The notes beneath the pieces are model-generated. The model was not told the origin of the DNA, made no database searches, and saw only the letters and a list, made by a program, of their open reading frames with translations. The translations under genes were made by a program, and so were the position numbers. From positions 64,294,001-64,358,000 of the forward strand of contig NC_091287.1 of the NCBI RefSeq assembly GCF_032444005.1: DNA of 64,000 nt, read 5' to 3'. The DNA comes from Ranitomeya imitator (Eukaryota). Shown one piece after another: positions 24,127 through 35,551 of this stretch; the first letter of the stretch is position 1, and each line of letters starts with the position of its first letter.

Positions 24127-24989
24127 ACGGTGTATCGTCTGCTCCTCCTCTTCAACTGTCACCAGGTCACAAGTGCACAAATGTTACAGGTATTCTAGTC
24201 CCATTTCTTTTGAGTATTCAGCGTTTTATTTTTGCGGTTCCAGAGACATTTGATCTTTTTATTTAGTGCACCTAGTATGCTCGCTTTGATGGACTTTACC
24301 ACATGATCATCACTTGCAAGATTTTCTGGGAGTGCGTCTTTAAGCTGCAATATAATCACTGCGAGCATCGCCCCCTTAGTAAAATAATAAGGGCCCAATT
24401 CATCAAAGTGTTCAAGCCAGAATTATGGCGTAAAAGCTTTGAGGGGGAAAAGAAAAACAAAAAATTTACACAGCTTTTAGGACTTGGCAGTTTCACACCA
24501 GTTTCCCCAGCTCGGACAGAATGGGAGTGGCTGGGGTAGAGCGGGGGGTGCGCCAGCTCCCCCAATTCATGATGTGCTGTGGGGGGCGCTGTATGCCAGA
24601 AACCGCACTCTAGTCTATCACGACGCTACAGAGTCATCACGGCGAAAAAAAACGCACCAATTCCACATAGTGGGAACATAGCCCAAGAATCACACGAAAC
24701 GTGAGAGGTCACATGTCACCATACAGCAGTAGAAAGCGTGGGTAAGAGGTCACTGCGGAAAATTCCCCAAAAGAGAGAAGACGAGTCGCTGCCCCACTTC
24801 CCAAAGTCATTTAGATGGGAAACAGAGCCGCAGACCCCAATTGTGAGTGTGCGGCAGCCCCCTCCCCCACAGGGCATTGTCAGGCCAGAGCCGTCACATG
24901 GGATTACACCTTAAAGGGGTTGTCATTATAGCATGACTGCAGCCTTGTCACTGTACACAGGACAACCCCTTTATTGCCGGAGGCCGAGT

Positions 24990-25700
24990 ACAAAGAATGG
25001 TGGCCATGAAGGAGGAGAGTATGGGGGGTAATATGGGCGAACTGCAAACATATGCACTAAAGACCCCACACAATTCGGTGCAGACCCCGCATGACCACAG
25101 GACAGGGGGCCTCAGCGGTCACCGTGTAATACAGGACGAGGTACAAGCCGCCGCCTTCAGGATGGCAACTGCCCGCACGCTGGGACTTGTAGTACCACAA
25201 AAACAGGCCAGACACAGGCTGTGTAATCCCCACAGCAGCCGTGACATGCGCAGACACAGGGCAGGACGCGGCGCTCTACGTGCACACTGCCGGCATTGTC
25301 ACCCCCATCCTCCCTCTGCCGCCCGCCATGTCTCCGGTCCTGCCCTCCCCCACATCCCCGGACCACGTCTCACCTCCGCCTCGTCTCGCCGGTGTCCGCC
25401 GCCGCCGCCGCCTCAGACGCAGTTATCAGCTCCGTGCCGGAAGTCTGCGTTACTAACGCGAGTTTTGCCAGAACGTCACTTCCGGTCTCACTGTTGCCCC
25501 CGGTGACTGGAGTGGAATTTTCTCGAATGCTTCTGATCTTCTGGTCCTGGGGCGGCGGGGTCGTGATGTCCTGACCTAACCGGATTGTTCTCCTGCGTAT
25601 AGGGGGCTCTAGTGCGCGATAATCTGGGAATATGGCGACTGTCGGGATATGACCTTGATAAACCGGGTCTGTCATGTGGAAAGGCTATTAGTTACAGAGA
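24990..25700. promoter_or_regulatory. CpG-island promoter with divergent ETS motifs
   Basis: GC/CpG-rich unique sequence; ccggaagt at 25437-25444 and acttccgg at 25478-25485. Confidence 0.7.
25374..25440 (-). other. Candidate non-coding first exon of the host gene
   Basis: (GCG)n-containing GC-rich segment ending at donor gag|gtgaga within the CpG island; start approximate. Confidence 0.55.
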
Positions 25701-26371
25701 CAACCAATCAGAGCAAGGCTTTCATGTGTCACTCTGCTCTGGAAATATAAACCGCAGTCTGATTGGTTGCTACGGGCACTGCAGTTCTGGCTATGGGGTG
25801 GTAGCCTCTGTCTCTGCAGGGGCCACACAGACACGAAAGGTCCCCTGGACAAGGACACTGGGGGTTGCAGACTAATAGCGCTGTGACTTGCTGGTTAGGA
25901 GGTGGTTCTCCTGTGCGGCTGCACCAATGATATGTACATACCATAGAGGGGGTCCCAATTCAGGACCCCCATCACTCTGCCAGAAGGACGTAAGCCTTAT
26001 TGCGCTCCACCCATGCGGTAACTACATGGACGCCGTGTCCCCGTGTGCCGCCACTAAGGCTCCAGTCACATGTGCTTCACAGGCTCCATCGCAGATTTCC
26101 TCACATTTGACAAAATATGGTGCTAATTCTTTACCACAAAATGGCGGGACCCTCAGAGACCCCATTATAAAAGCCTCCATACCCATTATAAGTGGGCCTC
26201 AGCAGACTAATATGTTATGGGGACCCTCTGACATAACGTCGGGGACATATGGATCCAGCATGGCCGATTCACACTGTTGATCCTTTTATTGGTGGCGAGA
26301 TAAGGCGGCTCAGACAGCGGCTCCGTCACCGAGAACACACAGGGCCTTCATGTTTAACAGAGGGGGCCTTA

Positions 26372-26712
26372 GGCTACTTTCACACTAGCGTCGGACTCGG
26401 CCCGTCGCAGTGCGTCGGGCCGAGGTTACCGACGCTAGCAGTGAAACGGAGGCAGCGGATGCATTTTTGCTGCGCATCCGCTGCCCCATTGTAAGGTGCA
26501 GGGAGGTGAAAGCGGTCCGTCAGCAGCAAAAAACGTTACATGTAACGTTTTTTGCACCCGGCGGTCCGCCGCAACCGTCGCACGACGGTTGCAACGTGTG
26601 TCAATGCGTCACTAATGTTAATCTATGGGGCAAAAACGCATCCTGCAAACAACTTTGCAGGATGCGTTTTTTCCCATAAACGACGCATTGCGACGCTAGT
26701 GTGAAAGTAGCC
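26372..26712. mobile_element. PIF/Harbinger-like MITE
   Basis: TIRs ggctactttcacactagcg...cgctagtgtgaaagtagcc; TTA on both sides. Confidence 0.85.
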
Positions 26713-27004
26713 TTAGTAACCCAAAGCAGGCAGACTGCATGCGCCAGAACTTTGGCTCCGTTCACTTACATGCCTTGCTCCACATTTATTAGTTTTTAAA
26801 AAAGTGTTTTTCGACATCGTCAGCATGGACCCAGAGCCTGTTTGGAAGAAACACCAAAATGGCACCGCAATTTAGCATAGTTTTCTGGAACAAAGGGGCA
26901 TTTACTCTGCAAGATCATTGTGAAGAAGCGTTGTTGCTTTTTTAAATTTAACTTTTATTAAGTCTTGTGAAGAAAAACGAATACAAGTCATAACAGAAGC
27001 CTTA

Positions 27005-27333
27005 GCGTATGTGTCCACGTTCAGGATTGCATCAGGATTTAGTCAGGATTTTATGCAGATAAAATCCTGACCAAATCTGCACCTGAGGTCACTGGCAGGT
27101 CACCTGCGCTGTCCTTGCGTTGTTTCTGCAATGTAAGGACATGCTGCGTTCTTAAAAGACGCGCCATATGTGCGTTTTCGCGGGTATGCCGCCTGCGTCT
27201 TTTAATGCATAGTGGAGACGGGATTTCATGAAATCCCCTCCACTATGCTGTAACATCTAGACGCTGCGTTTTTGACGCTGCGGCTCAATGAAGCGTAAAA
27301 AACGCAGCGTTTCCTGAACGTGGAAACATACCC
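27005..27333. mobile_element. PIF/Harbinger-like MITE
   Basis: TIRs gcgtatgtgtccacg...cgtggaaacataccc; flanks TTA and TAA. Confidence 0.75.
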
Positions 27334-27638
27334 TAAATTGTAAGCATCAGTCGCGTGTCTTATATAATGAAAAGAGAAAAGTATATACTGCAGCGTAAAT
27401 GCAAACTGTACATTGATGCAACAATTTTAGAATAAAACAGCAGATTTATGACTCGTACTTAACAAAAGAATCTCCTGCCCAAATAAATTAACGCAGAAGG
27501 AGGAGAGAAGAAAGAGACCTGAAAACACTCCAAGACAAGGAAAATTCCAACCAATAAAACCATGTTTTATAGAATGTATCATGAGTGTTGTTAATCATTG
27601 AGATAAGCTCCTCCATCAACATGATCTCATTTATTTTA

Positions 27639-27916
27639 GGCTAGGGTCACATTGCGTTAGGGCAGTCCGTTTAGCGCATAGCGCTACGGACTGAGCTAGC
27701 GCAATGTCCCAAAAGGGATCGCGTTAGCTGATACCGCTAGCGCAGATCCCGCTGCAAGCAGCGTTCGCGGTCCGTCACTCAAATGACGGCACATCGCTAG
27801 CGATGCGTTCGCCATAGACAGTAATGGCAGCGTTAACGGACTACGTTACACGGCGTTATGCCGCGGTGTAACGTAGTCCGTTAAACGTACCGCCATAACG
27901 CCGTGTGACCCTAGCC
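27639..27916. mobile_element. PIF/Harbinger-like MITE
   Basis: TIRs ggctagggtcaca...tgtgaccctagcc; TTA on both sides. Confidence 0.85.
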
Positions 27917-28689
27917 TTAGAGAATCAAAGTGAGACTGTCGGGGGTGCCACTTGTCTGCAATATGGGTATACACGCCCTAGTAGACGTAATCCAATGTCT
28001 CAGAGTCGAGCTTTTATACGTTTTCGGGGGGATGTCACTGTGCTGGAGGAGAGCGATAGCCGGATCAAGGTCAGAAATGAGATCCGTGAATCTGCGAATA
28101 ACTAGTTGTATGTTTTCCCAAAAAGGCGACAGGACTTTTCAAGACCCAAAAAAATGAGGAAGGCTGCCTTATTTCTCCCTACACCTCCAACATACAGGAT
28201 CAGAATTAAAACACTGCCCCACTTGGGACTCCATGAGTTTAGTATATTTTTACTCCAGTGGCATGCAGTTGTTTCTGGATCCCATCTGGAGTTGTAATTA
28301 CCATACGGCTGGGTCTACATAGTGACGTGTCATGCAGCCAAACACATCTGTGCAACTTGCTGTTCCATGCCTGTTTTAGAGCTGTAAAAAATGGCAAATT
28401 GCAGAATAGTCGCACATAAGTTGCAGTCACATTTGATTTACCTTGTAATCTATGGCAAGTGAGTCGAGTGAAGTTTGTAACAGAAAAAAACACTTGCAAT
28501 TGTGTTGCAGGAAGTCGCTGGTCGCAATTTTGACACATAGGAGATCATTAGATAGGATGTCACAATGCGACGCTGCGATTTAAGTGTTACACGACGTGTA
28601 GCCCCAGCTTTATGCTTCCCTGTTCTTTTAAAATGACTAGTGTTCTGCGTACAACCTGCACCATAACGATGCACGACCAGCTCTACCCT

Positions 28690-28860
28690 CACCTACTGTA
28701 TCCTCACCCATCCCTTGTAGATTGTGAGCCCTCACGGGCAGGGTCCTCACTCCTCCTGTACCGGTTGTGACCTGTATTGTTTAAGATTACTGTACTCTTT
28801 ATTATGTATACCCCTTTCACATGTAAAGCTCCATGGAATAAATGGCGCAATAATAATAAT
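28690..28860 (+). mobile_element. L2-like 3' tail
   Basis: gtagattgtgagccctc...gggcagggtcc...aataaatggcgc...(aat)n. Confidence 0.65.
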
Positions 28861-29600
28861 TTGTGCTAACTACATAGAACAAATGTGATATTGCACGTAC
28901 TTGCTTTAATCCAGCATTAGTAATCCGTTCTCATTTTTTCCTTGTGTGTGCTGGAGATATTTGTGTGTGCATTCATCGGTCCTTGAGTGACCAGGGGTTT
29001 ATACCTTCAGTTCATCCCCTGGATTTCCATTCATGATGGCATCTCTTAATTGTAGACTTTCACAATGTTATGAGCTAACAAAAAGGATGTTTGGAGGCTT
29101 ACTGTAAATAACCATTATAAAAAATAACTTTTATTAAGTATATCTTAAAAATTTGCCTTAAAGAGTGAAAAAAATGCTTAAGGCTAGCAAATAAACTAAT
29201 GGGGGTGGTCTGATCAGCTGAAGTTGGTCCCAGAACACACCTTCCTGTCTGAGGTGGGTATACTATGAAAAAATTAGCCCCCCCACTCAATCGTCGACCT
29301 AAAAAATAGATAAGGGACCATTATCAGTCGACAATAGCTCTGATAGAAAATACCTCAACTGTGGAATGGATATTCACAGGAGAATGTACAATATAGATTC
29401 TACAAGGCTGATATACCGAGAAAAGTCCTCAGAATCTGTGAAGAAATCCCTCAAAAATATATAGAATAAAAAATAGGGACACAGGATATATAATACCCTA
29501 AGGTAGAGAACTGAGTGTATCTGCTGGATCCAGTACCAAAAAATCAGTGCAACACATACACTTACAAAGCCAGTGTGAAGAAGGGGTGCACTGTCGCTAA

Positions 29601-29909
29601 GGCTACGCTCACATTTGCGTTGTGCGGTGCTGCGTCGGCGACGCAACGCACAACGCAAACAAGAACGCATGCAAAACGCATCATTTTTTGATGCATGTGT
29701 CCTTTTTTGGCATGATTTTGGACGCAAAAAAAATGCAACTTGCTGCGTCCTCTGCGCCCTGACGCTTGCGCCAAAAAAGACGCATGCGTCACAAAACGCA
29801 AGACAACGCATGTCCATGCGCCCCCATGTTAAATATAGGGGCGCATGACGCATGTGTCGCCGCGGCTGCGCCCGACGCAGCCCCGCAAAACGCTAATGTG
29901 AACGTAGCC
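29601..29909. mobile_element. PIF/Harbinger-like MITE
   Basis: TIRs ggctacgctcacatt...aatgtgaacgtagcc; TAA on both sides. Confidence 0.85.
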
Positions 29910-30061
29910 TAAGACTGGAGCCTGCTGCATACCTTCCTACTTGCATACGTTGGTTCCCCATATTGACGAGAGATAGCGCCCCTGCTCATGTGTCGGCTTT
30001 CTCTAGATTCCTCAAGGAAGCCCTAAAATAAGACGCATAGGTAGAAAAAAGACCAGGCTAG

Positions 30062-30645
30062 TGTCACAGGTGTGCCAGGTGCATCAGACAATCATTTTGG
30101 ATCCGGCTCTTGAAGGTCATTGCACTTGACTTTGGATGCATCTTCTTGATTTTCATCTCTGTTATGGAGTGATATCCTTCTGCCTTTAGGACTTAGCAGC
30201 GACCTGCACCCTCGGCTGCTTTTTGACACACCCTTGTGGATGTTTAAATACCCTGAATCCCTTCAGCAATGCGCTGGTGTTAGCTCTATTTACCTCTGTC
30301 TGTTGGAAGTGCTACAAGTCAACTAGTTTCTTCTTGGAGCTTCTTTGAGGATTGCTGGTTTGAGCTCTCTTGTGTTGTTTCAAGCTATGTATTCCCTCGT
30401 TTGTCTTCCTGCTTTGTTTTTGTGGTAGTGGGGGCTGAGTAGCGCCCACCCTATCCCCCCTCTATACAGGGCCTATTGCTAGGGGCAGTCAGGGATTAGG
30501 TTCCTGCTCGGCGATAAGTGCGGAACCGGGCAGAAGGGTTGACAGATCTGCCTAGGGGTCTCCACTCCAACCTTTCCTAGTGTTTGGGCTCCTTCAGACT
30601 CTTAAGGTTGTTTCGCACTTAGCTTCTCCCTCACCCAGCGTGACA
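30062..30645 (+). mobile_element. Solo LTR
   Basis: tgtcac...gtgaca termini; flanks gctag and gatag. Confidence 0.6.
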
Positions 30646-30972
30646 GATAGATCAAGTTACCTATGGGTGTAGGTCTGAAGGTGGATATTGTAGATGAGAA
30701 GTTGTTAGAAGAGGTTGTAAATGGGATTCCGTCTGTGGACTAGTAATAGAAGGTGCAACACAAGGTATCTAATAGATTGGTGTGTTGCAAATGGAAGGTG
30801 ATTGTCCGTGAACTACTCAGTAGAGGAAAATCCCAAGCATGCCTCAACACACTGTCAGTCATCCAGGTACCAAAAATGAATGCAGCACAAAATTACACAG
30901 ACATCATAGCAAAGATATCTAGGGTGTCTGTACACTCAGGGTTGTACATTCCTAGTGACAGTAGAATTGCTA

Positions 30973-31320
30973 TCAAAGAGCATATTCATGATAACCAGAG
31001 AAGATAAAGAAAAGCAGTAAGAAAAAGGTTAACAGATAAGATAAGATAGTCTCACTGAGGAGACTCAGTGATAAACAGTCATTAATGATGCAAAAGAGTT
31101 ATAACCATAAACTTCTCTTTAGATGCTACTGCTCCTAATGTGAAGCAGCCTCATCTGTAGGACACTAGTCTGCTATTATGCCTATCTCTGATCTCCTATG
31201 GGGGAAACAAGTCAAAATCACATTAGAAGCAGTGAGACTAGGATATCTTATCTGTTAACCTTGTTCGTACTGCTTTTCTAATGAGTTATCTTCTTTAGTT
31301 ATCATGAATATGCTCTTTGA
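30973..31320. mobile_element. TA-flanked MITE with ~90-bp imperfect TIRs
   Basis: TA-tcaaagagcatattcatgataa...ttatcatgaatatgctctttga-TA. Confidence 0.65.
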
Positions 31321-31358
31321 TATCAAGATCCTATCCCAATATGTAGTAGGTGTAATAA

Positions 31359-32219
31359 TCTATATATATAATTGTCTAAGGTCCACTTCCGTCTGTCTGT
31401 AATGTAAATCCCGCGTCGCTGATTGGTCGCGGCCGATCAGCGAGAGGCTTTACTATTGATGCTGCCTATGCAGCATCAATAGTAAAAAGATATAATGTTA
31501 AAAATAATAAAATAATAATAAATCGTGATATTCTCACCTTCCGGCATCTCTTGCAGCTTTTCCCGCTCCTTTCGATGCTCCGGTCCCAGAAATGCTTTGC
31601 GGTAATGACCCCAGATGACGTAGGATCACACAAGACCACTACATCATCACGGGTTATTGCCGCAAAGCATCACTGGGAACGGACCTGGCGGGAGCATCGC
31701 CAAAGGCCTGGGCTGGATTCGGGGGCCGCCGGAAGGTGAGTATATAACTATTTTTTATTTTAGTTCTTTTTTTAATCATGAGGCATCCTCATTCACACGG
31801 GTATAGAGATTAGTCCCGCTATACATGTGGTCTAAAAAGTAATGGCTGTCTGCGCGTCTCCCGATGCAAACAGGAAATGTGCAGCCACAATAAGCAAACG
31901 CTGTAGAGACCGACTGGACACAAACGGAGCGGGGACCGACCGGGCACAAACGCTGCGGGGACCGACCGGGCACAAACGCAGCTGGCACCGACCGGGCACA
32001 AACGCAGCTGGGACCGACCGGGCACAAATGCAGCGCGACCAATCAGCGACAGGCACAGTCTGGCCACGAATTGGCACGGGATTTGAACCACACTTCGCTG
32101 ATTGGTCATGCCCGGCCGGCCGAATCCTGTGTATTCATTGCATTATTCTTAAATCTTCATAAATAAACTACATACAGATTCTAGAACACCCGATGAGTTA
32201 GAATCTGACCACCATCTAG
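31359..32219 (+). mobile_element. Non-autonomous Helitron-like element
   Basis: 5' TC start; degenerate 3' hairpin followed by CTAG; no TSD; internal ~27-bp tandem repeat. Confidence 0.7.
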
Positions 32220-32589
32220 CAACAATAATATTAGCAAATACCTCCAATTAAAAATGTGTAGTTCTTCTGATGCGATATGTAACTTTCGCAATGCTGTGCC
32301 TTGCCGTACCTTAGGTATCCATGGTTATGACCACCAACATCTATAACACTATATGAGTGGTCGCAGCCATGGATGCCTAAGCTACTGCAATGCCTGCACA
32401 TGTGGTAAGCGGCATAGTAGTATACCTACTACATATTGAGATATGATCTTGGAGATGGGAATACCCCTTTTATAATACAGTCTACAGCAGTACCCCACCT
32501 CCACCTTGCTGGCTTCTGAGTCAGAGTGCATGTCTGTGCCCATTACTGATCCTGCCATGGGCCCATCCATCTGGTCCATCAATAGTCGC

Positions 32590-33223
32590 TCTCGTCTCTT
32601 CAGTCCATAAAACCTTTGAAACATCTGTCTTCAGATATCTCTTGGCCCAGTCTTGACGTTTCAACTTCTGTGTCTTGTTCAGTGATGGTTAAGTGTCAGC
32701 CTTCCTTACCTCGGCCATGTCTCTGAACACCTTGTACTTCTGGGCCACCAGGGAAGTTGCAGTTCTGGAATATGACAGCACTGGAGGATAATGACTTCCT
32801 TGTTGCTTCACGTTTGGTTCTTCTCAAATCTTTGGTAATTAATATGCATCTTTTTTTCTCAACATGTTTTTGCAACATTGTTGACTATGTGAATCAAAGC
32901 TTGATGGTTCTGTGATCACGACTCAATGTATTAGCAATTTCAAGAGTGTACATCCCTCTGTAAGACTTGTAACAATACTTGACTTTTAAGAGTCAGTTAA
33001 ATCCCTATTTTGGCCAATTTTGCCCAAGGAAAACAAGCTGCCTAATAATTCTACACACCTTGATATCCTGATATGGCCTCACCCTGCTCATTATACAAAT
33101 ACACATCACCTGATGAACTTCTTCCAATAAGCATTCACGAGTATACAGCTTGGAGTTCTAAAATATGTATTAAAATGATGATATCGTCAAAATTTCACCT
33201 TGCCAAATAATTGTGCACACAGT
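32590..33223 (-). mobile_element. Tc1-like 5' fragment with degraded transposase N-terminus
   Basis: TIR-like gtgcacaattatttggcaa; frame KDLRRTKREATR..LSSSAVIFQNCN. Confidence 0.6.
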
Positions 33224-35551
33224 ATACAAGTATATAGGGAACAACCCTCCTTACCATGGCATCCTAATTTTCTGTCATTGTTTATGGATCAAGTAAGAAG
33301 TAGGTTAGTGTGTGATACAATTCTGTGTGTCTCTAGATGCTCATAGTAATGGGCAGTGGACATATTGTTGTTCAACAAAATAAATATGTCCTACGAGCCT
33401 CGTAAATGCTGTAATTGTGCTTTTGGAACAGAGCAAGAAGTACATTAGATCTGAAGGAGAATAAGAAAGGCAGAAAGGCACGCTGATCCTGTGTGTAGTC
33501 AGCGCTGATCATTGTCATAGCAGAAAAAAGAAAGCTGACAATTACGGTGCTTTTCCAGCTGCAGATTCCATGGAAGAAGGACAAGGGACTGAGTGAGATT
33601 AAAACTAAAGAGGACAGAGACAGCCTCCAAAGTTCACATTTAGTGCTGAGTAGGCTATCTTCCGTGTGTAGCTATGGAAAACAACGTTTAAATAGAAACA
33701 TGGTGGAGGCACTACTGATGATGGAAAGCCTAGCTACAGCTTAGCATGTGCCAGAGAGGATATACTGCATATTCCTTGACTGACTGTACAGAAAGAATCA
33801 AAAGAAGAAAGACAAGCCAGCAAGGCCAAGCAGAGGCAGGAAAACAACTGCATTCTGAAAGCACCTGGTGTACCGACAACACAGCTAACAGCAATGTCAC
33901 AGGTGTTGTCCAGTTACAGCTACAAATGTTGAAGTTCTATTGTGACACAACAGATAAATATTAGAGACTGCACATGGCCCTGAGAGAAGAAATTCCCAAG
34001 ACTGATAATTGTTAGAGATTGTTGCATAGATCATAGGGAATTTTGCCATCATTGTGTAGAGTGTCACATGACTGCAGATTGATATCCTGGGACTAGGGGC
34101 TCCTTCACTATCCCTAAAGCTATGGGCGCCCTAGCTATCCATTCTCCCCAGATTACTTCTAATGGTGAAGATGCCAGGGCCATGTACCATGCTGAGCTCC
34201 TGAATCAGCCCTTATATGTTCCCTCCTCCACCCAGGGAATTGGGGAGTAGTTGTATATAAGAATACACAAACTAGACTAACAAAGGAAGACTAACAAGGA
34301 ATAAATAAAAATACCAATCTTATAATTATGCACTCACAGACAACAGAGTGGAACACAAGTAAAAGGAAGGAAGAACCAAATAGATGAGGATGAGGATATA
34401 CACACATACAAATTACCAAGCAATACTCCAAACACCTCCTCAGCAAACTCCTCCAACTCCACACCAGGCAGTATAAAACTAACGCTGGCAATTCTAATAG
34501 CCAGAGGTGAGTGTATATAGTAGAGAGGAGTGGCCAATACTGAACAGCTGAGACTATTAAAGCAGGAAAGCTTCAGGGACTTTCAACTGAACAGATTTAA
34601 GCCCTGCACTGCTAGCAGAAACCTGCACTGTTTAATATGATGGTGAAGTGCTTTGTTGTGAATTCAGCTTTTGGGCTCCCTCCGGTGGTTGTAGAGGGTA
34701 ATGCAGTTGTGCCTGGACTGCAGGACGGGACAGGTGTATCTACTAATTGCAAAACTGACTGGGGTATATAGCTTTGCTGGATCCTTTAGTCAGTGCCAGT
34801 TGTCCATTGTTCTTGAAGGATTCACTTCCCTGCTGGTCTCTCCAGTTTGCTGTGTTTTTCTACAAAGATAAGTCCTGGCTTTGTTTTTGCTGTCCACCTG
34901 CAGTGGACCTTATAGTTCTGTGCATTTTCATGTTTTTGTCCTGTCCAGCTTGGTCTGTGAAGGATTTTTTGCAGCCTAGCTATTTCTCTGGAGATGCAGA
35001 TATACCCCCCATGTCTTTAGTCAGATGTGGTGATCCGTATTTTCTGCGGTGGATATTTTCTAGTGTTTTTATACTGACCGCATAGTACTCTGTTCTATTC
35101 TTTCTTTTTAGCTAGTATGGCCTCCTATGATAAAATCTGATTTCATATTTGCGTATGTTATTTCCCTCTCATCTCACAGTCAATATTTGTGGGGGGCTAT
35201 CTATCCTTTGGGGATTTTCTCTGAGGCAAGATAGGTTTCGTGTTTCTGTCTTTAGGGGTAGTTAGATTTTAGGCTGTGCCGAGGGGTCTAGGGAGTGTTA
35301 GGTACCCCCCACGGCTACTTTTAGTTGCGCTGCTAGGTTCAGGGTTTGCGGTCAGTACAGGGACCACCTTCTCCAGAGTACGTCTCATGCTGCTCCAAGG
35401 CCACCAGATCATAACAGTACAACTGGCCAACAATGAGTTAATTGCATCTCAGAAGAAGGGTGGAAAGATTTTGAGCCATTTTTTTTTCCTTAGCCTGTTT
35501 GGTCTGTTCCTCCCTCTTTACCTCTGGGTGGCTACGGAGTCTAGTATTAAC

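Larger units (their letters stand above)
26935..28150 (-). mobile_element. L1-like LINE 3' fragment interrupted by two MITEs
   Basis: Minus-strand frame FWENIQLVIRRFTDLISDLDPAIALL...RACIPIL resembles an L1 ORF2 C-terminus; AATAAA and A-rich end near 26940. Confidence 0.55.

Noticed and set aside
33540-33750. hAT transposase dimerisation-domain remnant
   Set aside because: Only a vague resemblance (RLNRNMVEALL); no TIR, TSD or further motifs.
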